The notes beneath the pieces are model-generated. The model did not search any database and was not told where the DNA came from. It was given only the letters and a program-made list of their open reading frames with translations. The translations under genes and the position numbers were made by a program. From assembly GCF_000023965.1 (NCBI RefSeq), contig NC_013202.1, positions 2,250,001 to 2,282,000 on the forward strand: DNA of 32,000 bases. Reading direction: 5' to 3'. Origin of the DNA: Halomicrobium mukohataei DSM 12286. Its GTDB lineage: Archaea > Halobacteriota > Halobacteria > Halobacteriales > Haloarculaceae. Position 1 is the stretch's first letter; each line of letters begins with the position of its first letter. Shown here one piece after another: positions 24,368-32,000 of the stretch.

Positions 24368-24653
24368 GATCCTGCTCGCGGAAGACGCCCGTGAGTACGT
24401 CGCCGCCTTAGACGACAAGAGCAAGCGTATCGTCAAAGACAACCTTCGAAAGCTGGCCGAAGAGCCCTATCCGCGGCCCGACGCCGGTCGTGGCGACAGG
24501 GAGACACTCACCGTCGACGGGGAGGAACTCTATCGACTCCACATCGGCCGAACGCATACAGCCTTCTACGAGGTACTCGAAGACGAGCGAGAGGTCCGGG
24601 TGATCGAAGTGCTCGACATCGACGAGGCCCACAAGCGCTACGGATTCGACTGA
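24357..24653 (+). CDS. RelE/ParE-family toxin
   Basis: 98-aa ORF. AREYVAALDDKSKRIVKDNLRKLAEEP...YRLHIGRTHTAFYEVLEDEREVRVIEVLDIDEAHKRY follows the RelE/ParE fold pattern. Confidence 0.8.
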   Translation: MSYEILLAEDAREYVAALDDKSKRIVKDNLRKLAEEPYPRPDAGRGDRETLTVDGEELYRLHIGRTHTAFYEVLEDEREVRVIEVLDIDEAHKRYGFD

Positions 24654-24740
24654 TACCGTCGAAAGCGGTCGGTGTGTCTCTGGAAGTCGCGGTTCTGGAT
24701 CAGTGTCGACCGATTTGTCGCTGTCGTTGTGACGATCCGT

Positions 24741-26063
24741 TCACTCAGCGCTTGGCTCCGCGTCGTCGCCAGCGACGACTGTCCGGTCGGGCAACTCCAC
24801 ATTGGGCGTCCGACCGAGCGTCAGCAGTCGTTCGGTGAGGGTCAGTTCTTCGGGACTCGGCGTCGGCTTCTCGATCTGTTCGTACTCGACGGCGACGCCG
24901 TCCTCGGTGGGGGCGATTCTGACCGCACAGAGCTGATAGGAGGGGTAGAACACCGGCGGGAGCAGGCCGATGACGCCGTCCCGCCGGTGGAGGCGTTTGA
25001 GCCACGTACCGGTGTTGACGACGAGGCCACCGTCGACACTCTGGACGGAGGGGCGGTGGGTGTGGCCGTAACAGAAGATGGTCGTCGCCGGCTGCTCGTC
25101 GAAGACCGTTCGGGCGGCCGCGGCATAGGGTGCCTCTGCGTCGACGGTCAGGCCCGTCTCGAAGACGCCAAAGCGGTCGATGGTCTTTCTGATGTCGCGC
25201 CGTAGCAGGGACAGCGGGATCGCGACGAGCAACAGGACACCGGCGACGGCGGTGTTGATCGCGAGCAAGAACCACACTGCGGTCCCGATGGTACCGAACT
25301 GGCCGAGGAACGCGGTCGTGGCGTCGACGGGGAGCGACCAGATGTTCAGGAGATCCAGGCCGGCCAGGACGGCCAGGACGGCACTGACGTTGAACAGCAA
25401 CAGGAACGGGATCAGTGCGTACCGCAGTACCGGATTCATCTCGCGGTAGAAGTACTTCGAGAGCATCCAGACCGGCACGCGCTCCGTGGGTGTGACCGCC
25501 TGGACGTCCTTGAGCCAGTTGTACTTCCCCCGGTTCGAGAGCTGGCCGGCCCGGCTCGTCACGAGCGTGTTGTAGTAGTAGCCAAGCGGCGTCACGTGTG
25601 GGTCGCCCCAGTTGTCGATGTGGTTGTTCGGATCCTGCTGGTGGCCGTGTTCGAAGTGGATCGCGTGGTCGCCGACCGTGCGCGTGACAGATTGTGACTG
25701 GACGAGGTCGACGTTGTACTCGGCGAAGCGATCGACATAGGCGTCGTAGGCGGCGAGTTCGTGGTCGTGGTTGCCGGGGACGAGCGTGATGGGGATCTGT
25801 TCGCCGGTCGCGCGCAGTTGCGCGAACAGCTCCGGGTAGGTCGATTCGAGCACGTCGAACTTCGCCATCCCCTCGACGGTGGTGAACTCCCAGAGACCGA
25901 ACGCGTCGCCGTTGATGACCAGCGCGGCGTTCTCTTCGGTCCGTTCCAGCCGTTGCAGGAAGGCGAGCAGTTCGTCGAGAAAGTCGATCTCCTCCAGTTG
26001 CTCGTCGCCGCCGATGTGGAGGTCGCTGATCACGTAGTAGACGCGGTCGTCGTCGCCGGCCAT
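24741..26063 (-). CDS. Metallophosphoesterase (calcineurin-like) interrupted by a transmembrane insert
   Basis: ATG 26063 within ORF 24741-26144 (440 aa). MPE motifs DLHIGGD, NGDAFGLWE, GNHDHE and FEHGH come first, then about 3-4 hydrophobic helices (ALIPFLLLFNVSAVLAVLAGL, GTAVWFLLAINTAVAGVLLLVAIPL), then the last motif YGHTHRP. Confidence 0.8.
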   Translation of the reverse strand: MAGDDDRVYYVISDLHIGGDEQLEEIDFLDELLAFLQRLERTEENAALVINGDAFGLWEFTTVEGMAKFDVLESTYPELFAQLRATGEQIPITLVPGNHDHELAAYDAYVDRFAEYNVDLVQSQSVTRTVGDHAIHFEHGHQQDPNNHIDNWGDPHVTPLGYYYNTLVTSRAGQLSNRGKYNWLKDVQAVTPTERVPVWMLSKYFYREMNPVLRYALIPFLLLFNVSAVLAVLAGLDLLNIWSLPVDATTAFLGQFGTIGTAVWFLLAINTAVAGVLLLVAIPLSLLRRDIRKTIDRFGVFETGLTVDAEAPYAAAARTVFDEQPATTIFCYGHTHRPSVQSVDGGLVVNTGTWLKRLHRRDGVIGLLPPVFYPSYQLCAVRIAPTEDGVAVEYEQIEKPTPSPEELTLTERLLTLGRTPNVELPDRTVVAGDDAEPSAE

Positions 26064-26184
26064 TGCACCATGGTGACGGGGCCACCGCAAAAGGCGTTGC
26101 TCTCGGTGGATGTGACCGCCGGCTGTTCGGCTGTCGTAGGTCACGCCGAGATGGGTCGTTTCGGAGCAGTGACAGTCGGCGGTG

Positions 26185-26436
26185 TCAGTGTCGACCCGTC
26201 CTGGTCACGTCGATGCCGACACCGGATTCTCGAACCGAGACGCTGACGCTGGTTCCGAAGTACTCGAACTGGAGTTGGCTCCCTTCCTCGGCAGTGGTCA
26301 CGAAGTCGTCGATCGCTTCCGGATCGAGCGCGTCGTAGAGCGGTGGGAGGTCGGTTCGGGGCACGTCCCGCGTGTGTGCGACAGTCTTGATGATCCGATC
26401 GCTCGGTGTCAGCGGCTCGCCGTCCGTCTGTAGCAT
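26185..26436 (-). CDS. HalOD1-like (halobacterial output domain 1) small protein
   Basis: ATG 26436 within ORF 26185-26484 (83 aa). PSDRIIKTVAHTRDVPRTDLPPLYDALDPEAIDDF...FEYFGTSVSV matches the HalOD1 pattern as I recall it. Confidence 0.65.
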   Translation of the reverse strand: MLQTDGEPLTPSDRIIKTVAHTRDVPRTDLPPLYDALDPEAIDDFVTTAEEGSQLQFEYFGTSVSVSVRESGVGIDVTRTGRH

Positions 26437-26550
26437 TGTTCTCGTCGTGAGGGTACACGGCAGAGCGTGAAAAGTGACGTTCATTCTGATAGTGCAGGCA
26501 TCATTTCTTCTTGGTTGCCAGAACGGGGAGATGTACGCGCAGCCAGCTGA

Positions 26551-27027
26551 TCAGGCGGCCGCTTCGACGGCGGCCAGCACGTCGTCGTAGTCGGGTTCGT
26601 TGGTGGGATCGTCGGCGACCCAGCTGTAGCTGACGGTCCCGTCGTCGTCGATCACGAACACCGCGCGATTGGCGATACCGTGGAGGCCGAGCTCTTCGAT
26701 GTCCATCTCCAGGTCGTAGGCGCGGATCGCCTCGCCGCTCATGTCGCTGACGAGGTCGAACTCGATGCCGTGTTCCTCTCGGAACGCACCCTGTGAGAAC
26801 GGCGAGTCGGCGCTGACACCCAGCAGCGTCGCGCCGGCCGCTTCGAAGTCCGCGAGGTGGTTCTGGAGAGCCACCATCTCGTTGGAGCACGGCGGCGTGA
26901 ACGCACCGGGGAAGAAGGCCAGCACGACCGGCCCGTCGCCGACGTGGTCCGAGAGGTCGAACGGTTCGTGATCGCTCGTTCCGACAGTCGCCGTGAACAT
27001 GGGGGCGGAGTCTCCTTGGGATACCAT
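26551..27027 (-). CDS. Peroxiredoxin (AhpC/TSA, Bcp/PrxQ-like)
   Basis: 158-aa ORF. GDSAPMF, and VVLAFFPGAFTPPCSNE with the peroxidatic Cys. Confidence 0.9.
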   Translation of the reverse strand: MVSQGDSAPMFTATVGTSDHEPFDLSDHVGDGPVVLAFFPGAFTPPCSNEMVALQNHLADFEAAGATLLGVSADSPFSQGAFREEHGIEFDLVSDMSGEAIRAYDLEMDIEELGLHGIANRAVFVIDDDGTVSYSWVADDPTNEPDYDDVLAAVEAAA

Positions 27028-27112
27028 CGCTCGACGCTACACACGGCGCGGTTGTAAAACCGATCCCAAACGGACGGCGCGTCGTCGCGCCGATCGTAGC
27101 AGCCCCTCGTCG

Positions 27113-27562
27113 TCACTGGTCGGCCGCGGTCTCCAGCAGCGTCTCGCGTTCCTCGAAGAAGGCGGGCGCGTCGGCATCGGCCTCCAGTTCCAGCACTCGT
27201 CTGATCGCCTCGGTCGCGTCGCTCTCTGCCTGGAGTGACGATGCGAGGTCGACGTACGCTGCTGCGAGTGTGCCGATCTCGTCGAGGCGCTCCTGCTTGT
27301 CGGCGACCGTCGACTGCTTGGCCTCCAGTTCCGCGACGGTCGTCTCGTCGACGGCCTCGCCGGGACCGGCCGGCTGGTCGGGACTGTCTGCCTGTTCCCG
27401 ACCGGACGCGAGTCGGTCGCGGACGGCAGCGGCCTCCGTGTCGATCTCGTCGAGGAGGTCGTCGATCTCCGCAGAGAGGCGCTCCGACTGTCCGGAAAGG
27501 AGCCTCGCCTGTGTGCGACAGTAGTCTACGACGGCCTCGACTGACTGCTCACGGTCGTCCAT
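27113..27562 (-). CDS. Acidic coiled-coil protein (hypothetical)
   Basis: 149-aa ORF, helical with heptad-like segments (LSAEIDDLLDEIDTEAAAVRDRL; VAELEAKQSTVADKQERLDEIGTL). No recognisable enzymatic motif. Confidence 0.6.
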   Translation of the reverse strand: MDDREQSVEAVVDYCRTQARLLSGQSERLSAEIDDLLDEIDTEAAAVRDRLASGREQADSPDQPAGPGEAVDETTVAELEAKQSTVADKQERLDEIGTLAAAYVDLASSLQAESDATEAIRRVLELEADADAPAFFEERETLLETAADQ

Positions 27563-27618
27563 ACTGGTAGTACGCGATCGAGCGGGAAGGTCGTTCCGTC
27601 ACGAGAACTCGGACGCAG

Positions 27619-27861
27619 TTAGAACGTGAAGTCGTCGCCGCCCTCGTCGCGGGCTGCGGGGTCGGTCTGGTCGTTCATGTTCTGGTCGAAGAGGTTCTCA
27701 CCGGGTTCCTCGGTCTCTTCTTCGGCGGGTCCGTACGCGGAGAGGCCCATCGTCAGCAGCTCCTCGTAGGCCTGCTCGCGGTTGAGGTACTCGCCGGACT
27801 CGACGAGCCGGTCGATCTCGGAGACGATCCGGTCGGGGAGGTCGACGCTTGTCTTGGCCAT
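27619..27861 (-). CDS. Ribbon-helix-helix (CopG-like) DNA-binding protein with acidic tail
   Basis: ATG 27861 within ORF 27619-27891 (80 aa). MAKTSVDLPDRIVSEIDRLVESGEYLNREQAYEELL is a canonical RHH. Confidence 0.7.
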   Translation of the reverse strand: MAKTSVDLPDRIVSEIDRLVESGEYLNREQAYEELLTMGLSAYGPAEEETEEPGENLFDQNMNDQTDPAARDEGGDDFTF

Positions 27862-28175
27862 GTTCACCCCTCTGTGAGGTACCACCGTCAACGTTACGCT
27901 CCCCGTAAGGGCTCTGTCGACACGAACATTGAAGTATGTGCAGTGTTAACATGACAGTAGCGCCAGGGAGCAACCGGCGGGAACCACCGTCGACGCAAAC
28001 TGGTCGTGGCACTGCACCACAACGACGACCGCGGTGACCGTGGCTCCGGTCCCACCACGAACGCACACCGGCGGAGTCCACGGTCGCCTTTTCACTGGCA
28101 GGAAGACCCCCCTGCCTCGCACCGTTTCGCTTTTTTGCGCGAACGTTAAGGACTCGGGCTCACGTAGCAACCGCT

Positions 28176-29513
28176 ATGGACGGGGCCCGGTTGCCGGGAA
28201 CGCCGACAGACGACGGCGACCGCATCGTCGCCCACGTCGACATGGACTGCTTCTACGCGGCCTGTGAGCGCCGCCGCGAGCCCCCTCTGGAGGGCGAACC
28301 CGTCGTCGTCGGTATGGGATTCGAGCCCGGAGAGACACACGGTGCGGTCGCGACGGCCAGCTACGAGGCCCGTGAGTACGGCGTCGACAGCGCGATGGCG
28401 ATCTCGGCGGCGCTCGGACGACTCCCTCGAAAGGTCGACGCCGTCGAAGATCCCGCTCTGGATGTCGCAGACGCCGGCTTCTACCGCCCGGTCGACATGG
28501 AGTACTACGAGTCGGTCAGCGAGCGGGTCCGGGCAATCATCCACGACTGTGCGCCGGTCGTCAGAGAGGTGAGTATCGACGAGGCGTATCTGGACGTGAC
28601 GGACGAAACGGACTGGAACACCGTAGAGCAGTGGGCGGCGCGACTGAAAGACGAGATCCGGTCGACCGTCGGCGTCCCGGCGAGTGTCGGCGTCGCCCCG
28701 ACGATGAGCGCCGCCAAGGTCGCGAGCGACCGCGACAAGCCCGACGGGCTCGTCGTGGTCGAACCCGGTGACGTTCGGGACTTTTTCGCCGACCTCCCGG
28801 TCGAGGACGTTCACGGCGTCGGACCAGTCACGGCCGAGGAACTGGACGACCTCGGGATCGAGACGGCCGGTGATCTCGCGAGCGCGGACCCGGACGTGCT
28901 CGAAGAGCGCTTCGGTGAGCGCGGGCTGGAAATCTACAGCTACGCGCGGGGCGAAGACGACCGGGAGGTGACGCCACGCGGGCGGCCAAAAAGTCTCTCG
29001 CGCGAATCGGCCTTCACCGAGGCGACGGACGACCGCGCGGAACTGGGCGACAGGGTGCGCTCGCTCGCGGCGTCGGTCGCGGATCGGGCCACGAGCAAGG
29101 ACGCACTGTATCAGACGATCGGCATCAAGGTAGTCAGGCCCCCGTTCGACGTCAACACCCGCGCTCGCTCGCTTCCGGGGCCGGTCGACGAACCGGAGCT
29201 GGTCGAATCCGTCGCGCTGGACCTGCTGGACGAGTTCGAGGGCCAGCGCGTCAGGAAGGTCGGCGTCCGCGTCTCGAACCTCTCGTTTACCGCCGGTGAG
29301 CAGGCCAGCCTCGGCGGCTTCGAGAGCGCGAACGACGACACCGCGACGACCGGGCCAGGTGCGGACGAAGTGAACGACGACGGGGCCTCGGAGCCGGCAC
29401 CGGACGGCCAGGTGACACTCACCGGGGCCGCGTGGGCGGAGGGCGACGCCTCGGACGACGCCGCGACGCCGGCCGTGGACGGACAGACGACGATCGACGA
29501 CTTCTGTAAGTGA
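28176..29513 (+). CDS. dinB: Y-family DNA polymerase IV
   Basis: 445-aa ORF. HVDMDCFYAACE and SIDEAYLDVT (catalytic acidic residues), and GVGPVTAEEL (HhH). Acidic C-terminal extension. Confidence 0.9.
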   Translation: MDGARLPGTPTDDGDRIVAHVDMDCFYAACERRREPPLEGEPVVVGMGFEPGETHGAVATASYEAREYGVDSAMAISAALGRLPRKVDAVEDPALDVADAGFYRPVDMEYYESVSERVRAIIHDCAPVVREVSIDEAYLDVTDETDWNTVEQWAARLKDEIRSTVGVPASVGVAPTMSAAKVASDRDKPDGLVVVEPGDVRDFFADLPVEDVHGVGPVTAEELDDLGIETAGDLASADPDVLEERFGERGLEIYSYARGEDDREVTPRGRPKSLSRESAFTEATDDRAELGDRVRSLAASVADRATSKDALYQTIGIKVVRPPFDVNTRARSLPGPVDEPELVESVALDLLDEFEGQRVRKVGVRVSNLSFTAGEQASLGGFESANDDTATTGPGADEVNDDGASEPAPDGQVTLTGAAWAEGDASDDAATPAVDGQTTIDDFCK

Positions 29514-29587
29514 ATCCTCGGGACCGCGTGACGGGCGTCTGACGGAGAGTTATGAGGCGGTGGAAACTGGTAGTGGACAACTGAATC

Positions 29588-31567
29588 ATGGCCGAGACGG
29601 AACACATCACTGTCGCGACGACCAGCGCCGGTGTCGGCGGAACTGACGAACCGGGCCACTCCGTCGACCTCCCAGTCGTCGAACTCCTCACCGGCCGGGG
29701 GTTCGTCACGGGCAAGTCCGGCTCCGGAAAGTCCAACACGGCGTCGGTCATCGCCGAGAAGCTGCTGGACAACGGCTTCGGCCTGCTGATCGTCGACATC
29801 GACGGGGAGTACTACGGCCTCAAAGAGGAGTACGAGATCCTCCACGTCGGCGGCGACGAGGAGTGTGACATCCAGGTCACCGTCGAACACGCCGAGAAGA
29901 TCGCCTCGCTCGCGCTCGAACAGAACGTTCCGATCATCCTCGACATCTCGTCGTTCCTCGATCAGGAGGAGGCCGAGGACCTCCTCACCGAAGTCGCTCG
30001 ACACCTCTTTGCCAAGGCAAAAAAGCAGAAACAGCCGTTCCTCATGCTCGTCGAGGAGTGCCACGAGTGGATTCCCGAGAAGGGATCGGTCAACGAGGTC
30101 GGGCAGATGCTCATCAAGATCGGCAAGCGCGGGCGCAAGCACGGCCTCGGAATGGTGGGCATCTCCCAACGGCCGGCCGACGTGAAGAAAGACTACATCA
30201 CGCAGTGTGACTGGCTGGTCTGGCACCGGCTGACCTGGAACAACGACACCAAAGTCGTCGGTCGGATCATCGACTCGGAGTACGCCGACGCCGTCGAGGA
30301 CCTGGACGACGGCGAGGCGTTCCTGATGACCGACTGGGCCGAGACCATCCGCCGGGTCCAGTTCCACCGCAAGCAGACCTTCGACGCGGGCGCGACGCCG
30401 GGACTGGACGACTTCGAACGCCCCGAGCTGAAGTCCGTCAGCGACGACCTCGTCGGCGAGCTGGAGACCATCAGCGAGGAGAAAGAACAGACCCAGGGTC
30501 GGATCTCGGATCTCCGGGAGGAACTGGACAAGAAGAACTCCCGGATCGCGGAGCTGGAGAAGGAACTCCAGGACGCCCGCGACATGACCCGCATGGCCGA
30601 GCAGTTCACCGAGGCACTGCTGGACCACGTCGAGGGGTACAACCCCGGCCGCACGCAGAAGGAGAAAGAGCGGACCCGACAGGCGCAGCTCCGGGGCGCT
30701 CTCGACGACGGTGACGAGGCCGACGACGAATCGAGCGTGGCCGAATCGACCGACGACCGGTCCGCGGGATCGGACGGCCCGGACGGGGAGCCGTCCGACG
30801 GAGCCGAGCCCGCATCGACCGCGGACGAACCAGCGGACGCCGCTGACGAATCCGACGGCCGCTCGGACGGGCCCGCGGACACGCCGGACGACGGCTCTGT
30901 GACTCCGGACACGGACGAGCCTGCCCCCGACGGGACCTCTGGCGGCGGGTTCGGCGACGCCTTCGGCTCGTTCGCCGACGGTGGCCCGGCCATCTCCGGC
31001 GGCGAGCCGGCGGGCGACACTGACGAGACGGCAGCTGGCGAGGGGGCGACCGACGACGCTGGCGAGGGGGCGACCGACGACGCTGGCGACGAACCAGACG
31101 GTCTCGACCTCGACTTCGAACCGGCGGCCTCGGGGAACGCCGACGGCGGTGCCGAAGTCGCGTTCGCGGACGCGACAGCCGACGGAGACGAGTCCGGCGA
31201 CGCGGACGACCAGCGAGAGTCCACAGCCGACGAGAGGCCCCACTCACAGCCGCGGTTCGTGGTCGACCTGCGAACCGAACTCGAAGAGATGGACGAGAAG
31301 ACCAGGCGGATGCTGCAGTACTACGTCGAGCAGGCCGCGGATACGCCGTTGAACGCGCACTTCTCTGCCGGCGGGAGCGGCGACCGGACGAGCGCCTACG
31401 CGCACAACCGCGAGCTTCGGCTCGCCGGGTTCGTCGAACACGTCGGCCGCGGGCGGTACGCGCCGCGGCTGAAAGCGCTCGTCCGAGAGCGCGCTCCCGG
31501 CGAGCCGTCGGCGACCGCGGTCGTCGACGCCGTCACGGAGCTTCGAAGCACGATCGGATCGGCGTAA
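29588..31567 (+). CDS. HerA/FtsK-like (DUF87-type) P-loop ATPase fused to a coiled coil, a long acidic low-complexity linker and a C-terminal wHTH-like domain
   Basis: 659-aa ORF with Walker A GKSGSGKSNT and Walker B FLMLVEECHEW. Coiled coil ELETISEEKEQTQGRISDLREELDKKNSRIAELEKELQD. About 200 aa of D/E/G/A/P/T-rich sequence. The C-terminus has RRMLQYYVEQ...NRELRLAGFVEHVGRGRYAP. Confidence 0.8.
   Translation: MAETEHITVATTSAGVGGTDEPGHSVDLPVVELLTGRGFVTGKSGSGKSNTASVIAEKLLDNGFGLLIVDIDGEYYGLKEEYEILHVGGDEECDIQVTVEHAEKIASLALEQNVPIILDISSFLDQEEAEDLLTEVARHLFAKAKKQKQPFLMLVEECHEWIPEKGSVNEVGQMLIKIGKRGRKHGLGMVGISQRPADVKKDYITQCDWLVWHRLTWNNDTKVVGRIIDSEYADAVEDLDDGEAFLMTDWAETIRRVQFHRKQTFDAGATPGLDDFERPELKSVSDDLVGELETISEEKEQTQGRISDLREELDKKNSRIAELEKELQDARDMTRMAEQFTEALLDHVEGYNPGRTQKEKERTRQAQLRGALDDGDEADDESSVAESTDDRSAGSDGPDGEPSDGAEPASTADEPADAADESDGRSDGPADTPDDGSVTPDTDEPAPDGTSGGGFGDAFGSFADGGPAISGGEPAGDTDETAAGEGATDDAGEGATDDAGDEPDGLDLDFEPAASGNADGGAEVAFADATADGDESGDADDQRESTADERPHSQPRFVVDLRTELEEMDEKTRRMLQYYVEQAADTPLNAHFSAGGSGDRTSAYAHNRELRLAGFVEHVGRGRYAPRLKALVRERAPGEPSATAVVDAVTELRSTIGSA
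31034..31090 (+). repeat. Tandem 24-nt repeat GCTGGCGAGGGGGCGACCGACGAC (2 full copies plus 9 nt) encoding AGEGATDD
   Basis: Copies at 31034-31057 and 31058-81 are identical, with a partial third copy at 31082-31090. It lies inside the acidic linker of the ATPase gene. Confidence 0.85.
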
Positions 31568-31593
31568 TCGCTCGCCTCCTCGCGGTGACGGCG

Positions 31594-32000
<407 letters not shown>

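Noticed and set aside
23586-26550. Direct repeat of the tRNA-Trp 3' exon (att site) delimiting an integrated element
   Set aside because: I scanned the intergenic stretches at 24654-24740 and 26485-26550 by eye and found no copy of GGGGGTTCAAATCCCTCCGACCCC or a substantial part of it. An att pair cannot be claimed from this window.
29111-31243. 710-aa minus-strand ORF, with 30193-31224 and 30606-31247 in other frames
   Set aside because: They are antisense to dinB and the HerA-like ATPase, and are kept open by the GC-rich, repeat-rich acidic linker. The plus-strand genes carry Walker and polymerase motifs.

Overview
GC-rich sequence encoding acidic proteins. It reads as a chromosomal segment of a haloarchaeon (class Halobacteria); the genus cannot be determined from the sequence alone. 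I support about 40 protein genes, most of them housekeeping. These include a PhoU/AbrB regulator, C-N hydrolase, PQQ sugar dehydrogenase, aldehyde dehydrogenase, Cdc48-type AAA ATPase, GHMP-type shikimate kinase plus chorismate mutase, prephenate dehydrogenase, SurE, IMP dehydrogenase, peroxiredoxin, DinB and triose-phosphate isomerase. There is one RNA gene, tRNA-Trp(CCA), carrying a ~107-nt intron that is itself a box C/D guide RNA. Accessory or unusual content: (1) a TnpB-only IS200/IS605 (IS1341-type) element at ~10408-11905 with intact nuclease motifs and matching nested palindromes at both ends. (2) A low-GC islet at 13744-15484 with a small membrane protein and two divergent wHTH regulators, one of them Csa3/CARF-like, separated by a 4x ACTAT array with exact 9-nt period. 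(3) A patchy segment downstream of tRNA-Trp with a coding remnant, a RelE/ParE toxin-antitoxin pair, a metallophosphoesterase interrupted by transmembrane helices, and a HalOD1 protein. (4) A dinB gene followed 74 nt later by a HerA/FtsK-like (DUF87-type) ATPase fused to a coiled coil, a ~200-aa acidic linker and a C-terminal wHTH. (5) A short motif family (CTGCCGGCTGT core) present in three copies at the 3' ends of two unrelated genes. No CRISPR array, cas genes or rRNA were seen. The candidates for something undescribed are items 2, 4 and 5, but none can be proven from sequence alone. Many long Arg/Pro/Gly-rich ORFs in the track are antisense artefacts of high GC and were rejected.
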